Shown in pieces: positions 1 to 9,911 of a stretch of DNA of 64,000 bases. The translations under genes were made by a program, and so were the position numbers. The stretch is from Akkermansia muciniphila. Lineage in GTDB: Bacteria; Verrucomicrobiota; Verrucomicrobiia; Limisphaerales; UBA9464. The first letter of the stretch is position 1; every line of letters begins with the position of its first letter. Where the stretch lies: NCBI GenBank assembly GCA_945900455.1, contig CAMDJH010000002.1, positions 688 through 64,687 on the forward strand, given 5' to 3'. Below the pieces are notes generated by a model that worked only from the letters and a program-made list of their open reading frames with translations, was not told the DNA's origin and ran no database searches.

Positions 1-2
1 GG

Positions 3-305
3 ATGAGCGACGCAGGCAGGACGATACGACTGCGCTACCGCCCGGCAGGGACCCCGTTCCTGCCCCGAAAAGGAACACTCGAGCACTGGGTCGCGCATCG
101 GTATTGCTGTTACACCCGCGGCGTCGATGCGCGGCCGCGCCGGATCGAATTGGATCATCCGCCACTTCAGTTCCAGCCTACGGAGTGGTCGGCGAGGCCG
201 GGCAACCTTGGGGAATCGCTGGGCCTGAATCTGGCTCCGACCGCAGCCCTCTCGTACATGGTTTCGAACGTGCCCGTCCATGTTTGGAGTCCCGATCCTG
301 CGTAG
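3..305 (+). CDS. DUF2071-like protein, C-terminal part (5' end outside window)
   Basis: ORF is open at the window edge. The C-terminal pattern EHWVAHRYCCY...LDHPPLQF resembles the conserved end of DUF2071 proteins. Assignment is from memory only. Confidence 0.4.
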   Translation: MSDAGRTIRLRYRPAGTPFLPRKGTLEHWVAHRYCCYTRGVDARPRRIELDHPPLQFQPTEWSARPGNLGESLGLNLAPTAALSYMVSNVPVHVWSPDPA

Positions 306-480
306 AGCACGCCAGGACCGGGATCCGCGGTTCCAGTCCGTCGTGGAGTTGAACCGCAGAGGGACACGGATTCACGCAGATCGGGAATCACAGTTGGCCG
401 GTCCCTTTGCCTTCCGCCGACATTGATGTAAAATCCAGTTGCCACCGCCGAGCGCGTTTCCCACATTGTCGTCTCAGGGC

Positions 481-569
481 GGAGAGATGGCTGAGTGGTT
501 TAAGGCACACGCCTGGAAAGCGTGCGTGGCTAATCCCCACCGTGGGTTCGAATCCCTCTCTCTCCGCCA
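481..569 (+). tRNA. tRNA-Ser (anticodon GGA), CCA end encoded
   Basis: Acceptor stem GGAGAGA/TCTCTCC, anticodon stem CACGC/GCGTG with loop CTGGAAA, long variable arm, T-arm GGGTTCGAATCCC, discriminator G plus CCA. Aligns position by position with bacterial type-II Ser tRNAs. Confidence 0.92.
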
Positions 570-658
570 ATTCCCCTTTTCTGCGGTTTTCCAGCCAGTC
601 TTGATTCTTCCTGCGGCCTTCCTGCCCGCCTTGGATTGCGGCTTCCTCCTCGAAGTAG

Positions 659-1540
659 TTGTCATTACGCTACGGCCCCGTGACTCCTAGCGCCGAGTAT
701 CTGAGCCGATGTGCGAAATTGTTGAAGGCGGTCTCATCGCAAGAGACTTCGATCCAGCAGGCCGCCGACTGGTTCGCTCAAACGATTCTAGCCGGCCGAA
801 TGGTCCATTGCTTTGGATCCGGCCACAGCCGGATTCTCGTCGAGGAAATGTGGCCCCGCTACGGCTCCTTCCCGGGGTTCAATCCGATTGTTGAGCTCTC
901 CCTCAGTTTTCACAATCTCGTCGTCGGTGCGAACGGTCAGCGTCAGGCGATGTTCCTGGAAAATGTGACCGGATTGGCGGAGCGGATTCTCCGGAATTAC
1001 GACTTGTCGCCGCTCGATTCGGCGCTGGTGATTTCGTCCAGCGGATGCAATCGGGTGCCGATCGAAATGGCACAGGAATTTCAACGGCGGGGCGTGCGCG
1101 TGGTGGCAATTATTTCCCGCCTTCATTCACAGGCCAGCCGCAGCGCTCGCGAAGATGGCCGCAAGCTTCAGGATTTTGCCGACTTGGTCTTCGACACCGG
1201 TGCCCCGGTCGGCGATGCGATGGTGAGGATCCGGGGGCTCGACACTCCTGTCGCGCCCGGATCCACGGTCGGCGGGTGTCTTCTGGTGAATTGCATCAAG
1301 GCGGAAGTCGCGTTGCGTCTGACGGCGGCCGGCGCGCCACCTCGTGTGCTGACCGCGGCGGCTCTCGTCGGGACCGATCAGGCACGCGATCTGTTTGAGT
1401 CCGCCTACGATGAACATGCGCATCGATTGGCCAAGTTGTATGAACGCGTCGGGCCACCGATGTCCGCCGCCGGCACGCCGCTCGAGAAACCAGTGTCGGG
1501 TAGCAAGGCTCGCCGGCGAGCCGGCCTCGGTGCCCGCTGA
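659..1540 (+). CDS. SIS (sugar isomerase) domain protein, UPF0309-type
   Basis: 293-aa ORF with CFGSGHS and VISSSGCN phosphosugar-binding-fold motifs. TTG start in the track, so the true start is uncertain. Confidence 0.7.
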   Translation: MSLRYGPVTPSAEYLSRCAKLLKAVSSQETSIQQAADWFAQTILAGRMVHCFGSGHSRILVEEMWPRYGSFPGFNPIVELSLSFHNLVVGANGQRQAMFLENVTGLAERILRNYDLSPLDSALVISSSGCNRVPIEMAQEFQRRGVRVVAIISRLHSQASRSAREDGRKLQDFADLVFDTGAPVGDAMVRIRGLDTPVAPGSTVGGCLLVNCIKAEVALRLTAAGAPPRVLTAAALVGTDQARDLFESAYDEHAHRLAKLYERVGPPMSAAGTPLEKPVSGSKARRRAGLGAR

Positions 1541-1567
1541 TCTTCGGTTCCAATACCGCCAACTCGC

Positions 1568-2614
1568 ATGAAATCGTCCCCCTTACGCACTTCCGTCATT
1601 GGATCGTATCCGTTGCCCGGTTGGCTCGAGTTTTCCACTGCCCATCTCGAACAATTCGGTCCGGATGATCGAGCGGAGTTGCAGGACGACGCGGTGACGA
1701 CAGCGCTCCATGATCAACTGACGGCGGGTTTGGATGTGGTCACCGATGGCGAACAGACGCGGCTCGATTTCAATCTTTCTTTCTACGGCTACCTTCGCGG
1801 CATTGAGCTCGAAGCCTCGTCCCGCCGACGGTTTGGTCCGCCAGCGCATGATCAACGCGGAAAGCATCGGATCATCGACACATTGACCGCGCCCCATGGC
1901 CTCGGGGCGGTCGTCGAGTTTCAACGTTTGCAGCGCATCGCCGGCGGGGTGAACGCAACCCTGAAGGCTTCTGTGCCCGGGCCGTACACACTCAGCGGAC
2001 GGCTGCTGCCGAACGCTCAGTATCCGGATCGCTGGGCACTCACGGAAGCGTTGCTGCCTTGGGTGCGACAGGAACTGATCGATCTGGTGGCGTCTGGTTG
2101 CAGAGAAATCTCGATCGATGAACCCAGTATGAGCTGTTACGCGCACCGGGAAGATCCACGCCGGTTTGTGGACATTTTCAACCGAACGGTGGAACCCGTC
2201 GTGGGTCGGACGCGTGTCTGCACGCATTTATGCTTTGGCAATTACAAGGCCCGCGCGATTGGTCCGCGGCAGATTGCCCCGATGTTCCCTGCCTTCCTCG
2301 ATTTCCATTGCGACGAGATGCACGTGGAAATGGCCAGTCGTGAATTTGCCGAACTGGAGGTGATCGCCGCGATCACGAAACGGATGGATGCCGCCGTGGG
2401 AGTGATTGATGTCAAAAACTACCATATCGAAACCGTGGAGGACGTGGCACGACGGGTCCGTCACTGCCTGACGTTCGCCCCCCCGGATCGGCTGGTATTT
2501 GCACCCGATTGTGGATTGAGCCAGACGGCCCGGTGGGCGGCGCGGAAGAAGCTTCAAACCCTGGTGTCCGGTGTCCGGCTCGTCCGGCAGGAACTTGGAC
2601 TACCGAATGGTTGA
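1568..2614 (+). CDS. Cobalamin-independent methionine synthase (MetE C-terminal domain)-like protein
   Basis: N-terminus TSVIGSYPLPGWL, DVVTDGEQTR, IDEPS and the C-terminal PDCGL motif are typical of the Meth_synt_2 family. Starts 27 nt after the SIS gene. Confidence 0.72.
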   Translation: MKSSPLRTSVIGSYPLPGWLEFSTAHLEQFGPDDRAELQDDAVTTALHDQLTAGLDVVTDGEQTRLDFNLSFYGYLRGIELEASSRRRFGPPAHDQRGKHRIIDTLTAPHGLGAVVEFQRLQRIAGGVNATLKASVPGPYTLSGRLLPNAQYPDRWALTEALLPWVRQELIDLVASGCREISIDEPSMSCYAHREDPRRFVDIFNRTVEPVVGRTRVCTHLCFGNYKARAIGPRQIAPMFPAFLDFHCDEMHVEMASREFAELEVIAAITKRMDAAVGVIDVKNYHIETVEDVARRVRHCLTFAPPDRLVFAPDCGLSQTARWAARKKLQTLVSGVRLVRQELGLPNG

Positions 2615-2674
2615 CGATGGAATCGGCCACTCCGCCATGAACCACCCCCTGCCCATAAACTGGCTCCCAGGTTC

Positions 2675-3559
2675 ATGGTCCCAATTCATGTCCATTCGTC
2701 GGAAAACCTCCCATCCATGATTCAGCCTGCGCTTCACGGGGCCGCATTTCTCGCGGACGTGGCGACCGTCCTCGGATCCGGCTCCTCATTCCATCTCTGG
2801 TGGCTGGGTCAAAGCGGATTTCTGCTGCACTGGCAGGGACATTTCTGCCTTTTGGATCCGTATCTGTCCGACGCACTGACCGGAAAATATGCCAACACCG
2901 ATAAACCGCACATCCGGATGACCGATCGGGTGATCGCGCCGGAACATCTCGGATTCGTTGAGGTCATCAGCTCGAGCCACAATCATAGCGACCATTTGGA
3001 TTCGGCAACGTTGTTGCCAATTCTCGAAGCAAATCCTGCCGTCCAGGTTCTGGTGCCGGCGGCCAACCAGGATTTCGCGGCCCAGCGACTGGGCGTCCGA
3101 TCCGAACGACTCCGGTGCATTAATTCAGGCGAGGTGCTGAAGTTGGGGGTGTTCGAATTTCACGGAATCCCAGCAGCTCACGAGTCACTCGACGTTGATG
3201 ACACCGGACGTCACTGCTATCTCGGGTACGTCGTTCGCTTCGGTCGGTGGAGTCTGTATCATAGTGGAGACACAATCCTGTACTCCGGGATCGAAGATTG
3301 GTTGTCGCCGCATCAGGTCACAGTGGCATTGCTACCCATCAATGGGCGCCGGCCGGAGCGTCGGGTTGCGGGAAATCTAAGGGGGTGCGAAGCCGCACAG
3401 CTCGCCCGAGCCATTAAGGCGGGATGCGCCATCCCTTGTCATTACGAGATGTTTTCCTTCAATACGGAAACTCCGGAGGAATTTGTCGCGGAGTGCCATC
3501 GCCTCCACCAGCCCTACGCTGTACTCCGGGCGGGTGAACGCTGGTCCCCTCCCCTCTGA
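2675..3559 (+). CDS. MBL-fold metallo-hydrolase
   Basis: HxHxDH metal motif (SSSHNHSDHLD), later HSGDT and a conserved C-terminal His. UlaG/Lactamase_B_3-like layout. Confidence 0.7.
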   Translation: MVPIHVHSSENLPSMIQPALHGAAFLADVATVLGSGSSFHLWWLGQSGFLLHWQGHFCLLDPYLSDALTGKYANTDKPHIRMTDRVIAPEHLGFVEVISSSHNHSDHLDSATLLPILEANPAVQVLVPAANQDFAAQRLGVRSERLRCINSGEVLKLGVFEFHGIPAAHESLDVDDTGRHCYLGYVVRFGRWSLYHSGDTILYSGIEDWLSPHQVTVALLPINGRRPERRVAGNLRGCEAAQLARAIKAGCAIPCHYEMFSFNTETPEEFVAECHRLHQPYAVLRAGERWSPPL

Positions 3560-3573
3560 TCGGAGGCGCCGCG

Positions 3574-4920
3574 TCAACGTTTCACCGGCATGCCCGGGAA
3601 TCCGCCGCCCATCTTCCCAAACATTTTGGAGAATTTGCTCATCTTCCGCATCATTCCCTGCATCTCGTCGAAGCGGCGCATGAGATTACTGACCTCCGTG
3701 ACGGTGACACCGCTGCCGCGGGCGATTCGCTGCCGCCGCCTGGCATTCAAGACCTGGGGTTGGGCACGTTCCTGCTGGGTCATGGCGCAGAGGATCCCCT
3801 CCATTCGGCGAAACTCGTTTTCCCCCTTGGAAAGGTCCGCGCCCTTCAACATCTGATCCCCCCCGGGCAACATCCCCACCAAGTCCTCCAATGGCCCAAG
3901 TCGTTTCATCGCTCGAAGTTGATCGAGAAAATCCTGAAGATCGAACCGACCTTTGCGCATCTTTTCCTCGAGGCGCATTGCTTCGTCCATGTCCACCGCC
4001 GCCGCCGCCTTTTCGACGAGGGAGACGACATCGCCCATGCCCAGAATCCGCTGCGCCATTCGTTCGGGATGGAACGGTTCGAAGTCCTCGAGTTTTTCCC
4101 CGAGTCCCATGAACTTGATCGGCCGGCCAACCACGGTACGAAACGAGAGTGCGGCACCGCCGCGGGCATCGCCGTCCAGTTTGGTGAGAATGGCACCGGT
4201 GACACCGAGAGATCGGTCGAAATGGGTGGCGACATTGACGGCCTCCTGGCCGGTGGCGGCATCGAGCACGAGGAGGATTTCCTGTGGTTTAATGAGATCC
4301 CGCAAGTGAACCAATTCCTGCACCAGGGGTTCGTCAATTTGGAGCCGGCCGGCGGTGTCGAAGATCAGCGTGTTACGCTGGGTGGCGGCGGCCACTTCAA
4401 GCGCCGAGCGGGCGATTTTCAGCACATCGGTCTCGCCCTTCTCCACATGAACGGGAATTCCGAGCTTTGCCCCCAGCACCGCCAACTGATCCATTGCGGC
4501 CGGGCGATAGACGTCCGCCGCCACGAGCAGTGGGGTCCTTCCCTGCTTTAGAAGCCAGCGGGCCAGCTTACCCGAACTGGTGGTCTTGCCCGATCCATGC
4601 AGACCGCACATGAGGATGCACGCGGGATTATCGGTTAGCACAAGAGCCGCGTTTTCCGATCCGAGGAGCGTGACGAGTTCATCGTGGATGATCTTAATCA
4701 TCTGCTGCCCGGGCTGAATGCTTTGAATCACGGCCTCGCCAAGCGCCTTCTGCTTGACGTTTTCAATGAAGTCGCGGGCGACCTTGAAATGCACATCCGC
4801 TTCCAAGAGGGCGAGCCGAACTTCCCGCAGGGAGTCCGAAACGTTCGATTCCGAAATCTTACCTAAGCCGCGGAGATTCCGGAAAACGTTTTGCAACTTG
4901 CCGCTCAAGGACTCGAACAT
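3574..4920 (-). CDS. ffh: Signal recognition particle protein Ffh
   Basis: Canonical N-terminus MFESLSGKLQ, P-loop GLHGSGKTTSSGKLA, DTAGR, TKLDGDARGG and a Met-rich M domain. Start moved to the ATG at 4920, 20 codons inside the track ORF. Confidence 0.95.
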   Translation of the reverse strand: MFESLSGKLQNVFRNLRGLGKISESNVSDSLREVRLALLEADVHFKVARDFIENVKQKALGEAVIQSIQPGQQMIKIIHDELVTLLGSENAALVLTDNPACILMCGLHGSGKTTSSGKLARWLLKQGRTPLLVAADVYRPAAMDQLAVLGAKLGIPVHVEKGETDVLKIARSALEVAAATQRNTLIFDTAGRLQIDEPLVQELVHLRDLIKPQEILLVLDAATGQEAVNVATHFDRSLGVTGAILTKLDGDARGGAALSFRTVVGRPIKFMGLGEKLEDFEPFHPERMAQRILGMGDVVSLVEKAAAAVDMDEAMRLEEKMRKGRFDLQDFLDQLRAMKRLGPLEDLVGMLPGGDQMLKGADLSKGENEFRRMEGILCAMTQQERAQPQVLNARRRQRIARGSGVTVTEVSNLMRRFDEMQGMMRKMSKFSKMFGKMGGGFPGMPVKR

Positions 4921-5227
4921 GACCGTGACGCTACGGGCCCGCCAAGGCGCCGCAAAGAAAATCCTCAAGGGGTCGGTCAATAGTATTGTAGTATCGTCCG
5001 ATCGACGCCGTAGGGCGACCCATCGGTAATCTCACTCGAATTCCGGGTTCTCGCGTATCCCTTGGTTCATTGCTGTGCGGAGTGATATGCTGCGGTAATA
5101 GATATGTAACTATCTAATTAAAAGATTGTTACGTATGATAAATTGACACATGGAGGATGGTTCCCCTACCTTCCGCCCCCCGGTTGCAGGGACAACCGGC
5201 TCCCAACCACCAGGAATGGAGTTCCGT

Positions 5228-5437
5228 ATGTCCGAAGGATATTGTGTCAAATGCAAGGCAAAGAAGCCGATCGCCAATGCGATTGAAGAGACGATGAAGA
5301 ACGGACGGAAGGCCGTGAAGGGCAAGTGCCCAACGTGCGGCGTCGTCATGTTCAAGATCCTCGGAGGGAAGGCCGTGACCGTAATTTCTGCAACGGCTGG
5401 CACTAGCGACGCAGGTACCGCAATGCCGGGGGAGTGA
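5228..5437 (+). CDS. DUF5679-like small zinc-ribbon protein
   Basis: CVKCKAKK...MKNGRKAVKGKCPTCG...MFKILG is a CxxC...CxxC ribbon matching DUF5679. Start taken at ATG 5228, preceded by GGAATGGAG. Confidence 0.6.
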   Translation: MSEGYCVKCKAKKPIANAIEETMKNGRKAVKGKCPTCGVVMFKILGGKAVTVISATAGTSDAGTAMPGE

Positions 5438-5501
5438 CCGTCGGGAGTTTTTCGATACCGAGGCGGCTTGATTTACGACGGCTCAAGAGAATGATCGGCG
5501 G

Positions 5502-6533
5502 ATGACGCCCATGTCCCGTCGACGTTTTCTCCGGAACTCAACATTGAGTGCCGGCACAGTTGCTGCCACTTCTTCCTCCTTGGGCGCGGCCCAAGTTCTG
5601 CCTGCGCCGCAAGTCAACGCATTGGCACCGGTGTTTGTGTCCACCTGGCCATTCGGAAAACCGGCCAATGAAGCAGGTCTGGCGGTACTCACTGCGGGTG
5701 GTCTTCCCTTGGATGCCATCGAACGGGGAATTGGCGTGACCGAATCGGACCCGACCAACGGTTCTGTGGGTCTGGGCGGCATTCCGAATGCGGACGGTGT
5801 GGTCCAACTGGATGCCTGCATCATGAGCGGCCCGGGGCATCAAGCGGGAAGCGTGGCGGCGCTGGAGGGGTACGTCCATCCGATTGCCATTGCAAGGCGT
5901 GTGATGGAAACGACCGGGCACGTCATGTTGGTAGGCGATGGTGCCCGAAAATTTGCCCAGCAACATGGATTCGAGCGAGGACCGGCCGTTTCGGCGAAGC
6001 AAAAGGCGGCTTGGAAAAAATGGCGAACGGAGCAGCAACACAAGGCCCGCGGTGAAGGCAAGCCAAAGAACCACGATACGATTGCGATGATTTTGCTGGC
6101 GCCCGACGGAAATCTCTATGGCGGCTGCTCCACCAGCGGCTGGGGGTATAAGTTGGCCGGGCGCGTTGGCGATTCCCCAATTATTGGAAGTGGACTATAC
6201 GTCGACAACCAAGTCGGCGCCGCGGGTGCAACGGGGATCGGTGAAAACGTGATGCGCTATTGTGGATCTTTTCTTGTCGTGGAATTGATGCGGCAGGGGT
6301 TACATCCCCAGGAAGCATGCCTCGAGACCCTCCGTCGGATTGCGGCAATGGATCCAAAGGGGTTCGATCTCTCGATCAATTTCATTGCCCTTGATCGGCG
6401 GGGGCGGTTTGGAGCGGCCGGAACTGGGCAGGGTTTTGAATATTCGGTTACAACGCGCGAGTTCAGTCGGGTGCTCCAAAGTCCCGGGTTAACTTCAGCC
6501 GACATCGGGCCGGTGGGCGGGAATCGGAAATGA
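5502..6533 (+). CDS. Glycosylasparaginase / isoaspartyl peptidase family Ntn hydrolase, Tat-exported
   Basis: Twin-arginine signal SRRRFL. Autoprocessing and nucleophile region HDTIAMI, GRVGDSPIIGSGLYVDN and GATGIGE are typical of the asparaginase_2 family. Confidence 0.8.
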   Translation: MTPMSRRRFLRNSTLSAGTVAATSSSLGAAQVLPAPQVNALAPVFVSTWPFGKPANEAGLAVLTAGGLPLDAIERGIGVTESDPTNGSVGLGGIPNADGVVQLDACIMSGPGHQAGSVAALEGYVHPIAIARRVMETTGHVMLVGDGARKFAQQHGFERGPAVSAKQKAAWKKWRTEQQHKARGEGKPKNHDTIAMILLAPDGNLYGGCSTSGWGYKLAGRVGDSPIIGSGLYVDNQVGAAGATGIGENVMRYCGSFLVVELMRQGLHPQEACLETLRRIAAMDPKGFDLSINFIALDRRGRFGAAGTGQGFEYSVTTREFSRVLQSPGLTSADIGPVGGNRK

Positions 6534-6626
6534 GAAATACGGCGACGGAGTCGACGGGGCAACGCGCGAGTCTTTCCGGCCTTTTCATCGCAGGGCGTAT
6601 CGGCAGCGTGGGGTTAGTCTAGTCGC

Positions 6627-8117
6627 TTGAATTCCTCCCTTGTTCATACCGCGGCAATCCGGTTGCTGGCAGTGGGTTCATCACTCGCCACCAATTTGCT
6701 GGCGCTGAAGATGTGCGACCGGCATTTGGGAGTTGGCCGATGGGTGGTGATTGCGGGGGCGTTGCAAGTGCTCACCTTGCTGCCGCAATTGGACGGAGGA
6801 TTTCGGGTTGCGATCAACCGCGCGCTGCTGAGCACGGGGCTTGCGGCGGATCGGGCGCGTTATCTTCGATTTGGACAATCTTTCACCTGGTGGTTGGGAT
6901 TGGTTGGCATGCTTGGGGGCGGCGGGGTGTTGTTCCTGCTCGGGCTTCTTCCGAATGCCCGCGCTCTGGGAATATCCCTCCTGTTTTTTGCCGCGTTTGG
7001 TGTTAGCGGCGCGGTGAATCTCACGCTCAATTCTCAAGCGAATCTGCTGGTTGGGCTGGGGCAGCAATGGCGGCTATTCGTGGTGCAGGCACTCACAGCA
7101 TGGGTCAATTTTGCGGTTCTCGCTGTGACGCTTCGACGGGGCTGGAACGAATGGGCGTTTCCCGCCGCGTTTGCCGCCGGAGTGATCGTCATTGGCCCCT
7201 TGGTTCGATTCTGGCTTCGCCGACTTGCGCCGGAACTTCCCTTCGGCCCGGGGCGGAGAGACGCCGATTTCCGACGCACCTGGAACGAACTTCAGTCTCG
7301 CTCCCTGGCCGCCCTTCGGTTTCAGGTCTACACGGCGCTACTCTATAGCGTTGACCTAGTGATTGTCTCGCAATTCTGTCCACCCGATCGTGAGTCGGAT
7401 ATCTACGGGTACATCGTTCGGGCGTTTGTCATTGTGCGCGTCATCCTGCAGGCCGCCGACGAAGCCCTTTGGCCGAGGGTCGCCAGCGACCCGGCCGAGG
7501 GCAGAATTCTTTCCCTAGCGCTGGCCCGACTCAACTGCTGGCTGCACGGGGCGGCCATGGCAGGAATGGCGTTAAGCATCGGACCCTTCCTGGGTGCCTT
7601 TCTGCGGCCAGAGATGACCCCGGCGCCGATCCTTGCTGCGGTGCTTGCGGCGAGGGGACTGATCACGGGACTCGCGTCACAGCCCGCTTTTTATCTCTAT
7701 GGCGACGGACGATTCGGCACGCTGGCGCAAAGCATGGGCAGGGAACTATTCATTGCGGTTGTCCTCGGGATTCCGGCCGCCTTAATCTTCGGGCCGATGG
7801 GAGTGGCAACTGCGTTTCTCCTGGGCACCGTGGGAGGAACTGCCTGGCCTTTATTGCGAGATTATTCCGTCCAAATTTCGCGCCCCGTGGCGGGCTTAAT
7901 GATCGGATTTTGGATGCGCGCGGTTCCAGCGGGAATGCTGGCCGGGCTCGTTGCCTGGGCATTGCTGCCCTGGGCGGTCACACCGCTGCACCATGCCATT
8001 TGCGGCGCGCTGGCGGCGGCCGCGGGGCTGGGTTCGGGTATCGTGTTCGCTGTGACCCGCTCGAAGAAAAGTGGCGGACAACTCTTCGACTGGCGAAACC
8101 TAGTCAAGCGGCTGTAG
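6627..8117 (+). CDS. Polytopic membrane protein, MOP/Wzx-type flippase-like
   Basis: 496 aa with about 12-14 hydrophobic segments and a central cytoplasmic Arg-rich loop. General resemblance to polysaccharide flippases with no sharp motif. Confidence 0.45.
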   Translation: MNSSLVHTAAIRLLAVGSSLATNLLALKMCDRHLGVGRWVVIAGALQVLTLLPQLDGGFRVAINRALLSTGLAADRARYLRFGQSFTWWLGLVGMLGGGGVLFLLGLLPNARALGISLLFFAAFGVSGAVNLTLNSQANLLVGLGQQWRLFVVQALTAWVNFAVLAVTLRRGWNEWAFPAAFAAGVIVIGPLVRFWLRRLAPELPFGPGRRDADFRRTWNELQSRSLAALRFQVYTALLYSVDLVIVSQFCPPDRESDIYGYIVRAFVIVRVILQAADEALWPRVASDPAEGRILSLALARLNCWLHGAAMAGMALSIGPFLGAFLRPEMTPAPILAAVLAARGLITGLASQPAFYLYGDGRFGTLAQSMGRELFIAVVLGIPAALIFGPMGVATAFLLGTVGGTAWPLLRDYSVQISRPVAGLMIGFWMRAVPAGMLAGLVAWALLPWAVTPLHHAICGALAAAAGLGSGIVFAVTRSKKSGGQLFDWRNLVKRL

Positions 8118-8190
8118 TGAAAGATGCCGGTCGAGCCGGTTCGAAAACTGGAGCCCTTTAAATTTTCAAACAGGCGCTGAGGGGAACTCC

Positions 8191-9837
8191 TCAACAGCGT
8201 GAGAGACACGTTAGCAAGTACGGCAGCAATTGTTTTTTTCGCGAGACGATGCCGGCAAGTTCGTAGATCCCGGGCTCTTTCTCCGGATAATGAATTTGCG
8301 CGGTGAACGTCGGCTCACCGGCCACCAGCAACAAGGACGTTTGCTGACCCACGTCGGTAACCAAAAGCGCACTGAAAAAGTACCCATTGGCCGCGCGGTA
8401 ATGTCCCAATGCGGACCGGACCTCAGCGGCTCGTTTCCAGAACTGGTCGAATCCGAGTTCCTCGATCTGGGCGACGCTGAACCGGTTGGATCCCTCCACG
8501 TACTCCTTGCAATCCCCTGAAATTGCCTGCGCCGCCGGACGGGAGGTTAGAACGGATCCCGACGAGAACAACTTTTCCGTAAACTCGGTGGCATTCACCC
8601 CCGTCAGTTTTTCCAACCGAGAGAGAACCTCGACATCCCGCTGCGTTGTGGTCGGTGAGGTCAGATTCAACGTATCGGAGACAAGCCCCGCGAGCAGCAA
8701 TCCAGCCGTTGCCGTTGGCAATTCAATCGCACTCTGAAAGAAGCAATCCGCTACAATCGTGCTGGTGGAACCCACCGGTTCATTGCGGAAGAGGATCGGC
8801 TGTTGCGAACTGAACGTTCCGATCCGATGATGATCCAGGATCTCCAAGATCTCGACCTGATCCGCCCCGGGTACAGCCTGGGAGAATTCATTATGATCCA
8901 CGAGAATCAATCGCCGTTGCACTTTTTTCAAAAAATCGGATTTCGAAAGGATTCCAATCACCCGCCGGTCAGCGTCGAGCACCGGAAACGCTTGGAACTG
9001 CGATTCCGCGGCAAGCCGCTGAATGGTGCTCAAAATTTCGTCCTCTCCAAACGTCAGGTAGTCTTCGCGCAAGAGATGTTCCACCGCGATCGCAGACCGG
9101 GCTAGCATACAGGTGGTGGCCGAATCGTGGGGTGACAGCAAGAGCGACACCTCGTTCCGGCGGGCCAATTCACAAATATCCAGCGAGACCTCACGACCGC
9201 CGGTCACTACCAGAATTCGCACCCGACCTCCGATGGCTAGGCGCTGAATGTCATCGCGGTCACCGACCACCACCACGAGTTTTTCCGGCGAATAGGTGGC
9301 AAGGCGTTCCGCAAATGTGGCGGCCTTCATCGCCCCCACCATCAGGACGAGATCCTCCTCCCGATCGGCCTCAAACGCGCACAACATTTTGCCTTTGAGC
9401 GTGCGATTTAGGCTGCGAATGGAGGTCAGGATCCGACGGGAATCAAAAATGCGATTGAGGGATGGAAAGAAAAACTTGCTGGCCTTGAACACCGAAAGGA
9501 GGCCCTGGCATCGCCGGTCAGCGTCGAGCACGGGAAGCACCCGAATATTACGTTCATCCATCGTTGCTAGTGCCTCCACCACGCTGGTCCGCGGGGGCAC
9601 GGAAATGACGTTGGTCTGCATTACGTCCCGGACGCGCGGCGACACGTCCGCCACAAAACGCGGCGCCGGCACACCAAAAGTCCGCAGAATAAAATCAATC
9701 CGGTCGTTCGTTTCACCACAGCGCGCCGCCACCACATTCCGCATCCCGGTCCGCCGTTTGAACTCCGCATATCCGATGGCCGAGCAGATCGCATCTGCGT
9801 CCGGGTTTCGGTGTCCGATGACAAGCACCTCAGTCAT
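8191..9837 (-). CDS. CBS-domain-containing family II (DHH) inorganic pyrophosphatase
   Basis: DHH N-domain (VIGHRNPDADAICSA, DHN), inserted CBS pair plus DRTGG-like segment, and DHHA2 C-domain. Start moved to ATG 9837 (MTEVLVIGH). Confidence 0.85.
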   Translation of the reverse strand: MTEVLVIGHRNPDADAICSAIGYAEFKRRTGMRNVVAARCGETNDRIDFILRTFGVPAPRFVADVSPRVRDVMQTNVISVPPRTSVVEALATMDERNIRVLPVLDADRRCQGLLSVFKASKFFFPSLNRIFDSRRILTSIRSLNRTLKGKMLCAFEADREEDLVLMVGAMKAATFAERLATYSPEKLVVVVGDRDDIQRLAIGGRVRILVVTGGREVSLDICELARRNEVSLLLSPHDSATTCMLARSAIAVEHLLREDYLTFGEDEILSTIQRLAAESQFQAFPVLDADRRVIGILSKSDFLKKVQRRLILVDHNEFSQAVPGADQVEILEILDHHRIGTFSSQQPILFRNEPVGSTSTIVADCFFQSAIELPTATAGLLLAGLVSDTLNLTSPTTTQRDVEVLSRLEKLTGVNATEFTEKLFSSGSVLTSRPAAQAISGDCKEYVEGSNRFSVAQIEELGFDQFWKRAAEVRSALGHYRAANGYFFSALLVTDVGQQTSLLLVAGEPTFTAQIHYPEKEPGIYELAGIVSRKKQLLPYLLTCLSRC

Positions 9838-9911
9838 TGGCCCAATCTTGCCCACCCGGAGCGGAAGTCCAAGTTTCAATCTCGCCTCCCTGAATTCCGG
9901 CGGAACTTAAT

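Noticed and set aside
1541-1567. Looked for cobalamin or SAM riboswitches upstream of the MetE-like gene, and for an NAD+ (nadA-motif) riboswitch upstream of nadB at 25324-25439.
   Set aside because: The MetE-like leader is only 27 nt. The nadB leader shows only a 7-bp hairpin (gtcggca/tgccgac), and I can recognise no conserved riboswitch core.
4921-4980. N-terminal extensions offered by the ORF track for ffh. The same applies to 9838-9879, 41003-41251, 45107-45190, 53545-53772, 55559-55744 and 57597-57866.
   Set aside because: In each case a canonical family N-terminus or signal peptide begins at an internal ATG. The extension overlaps the neighbouring gene or is compositionally atypical.
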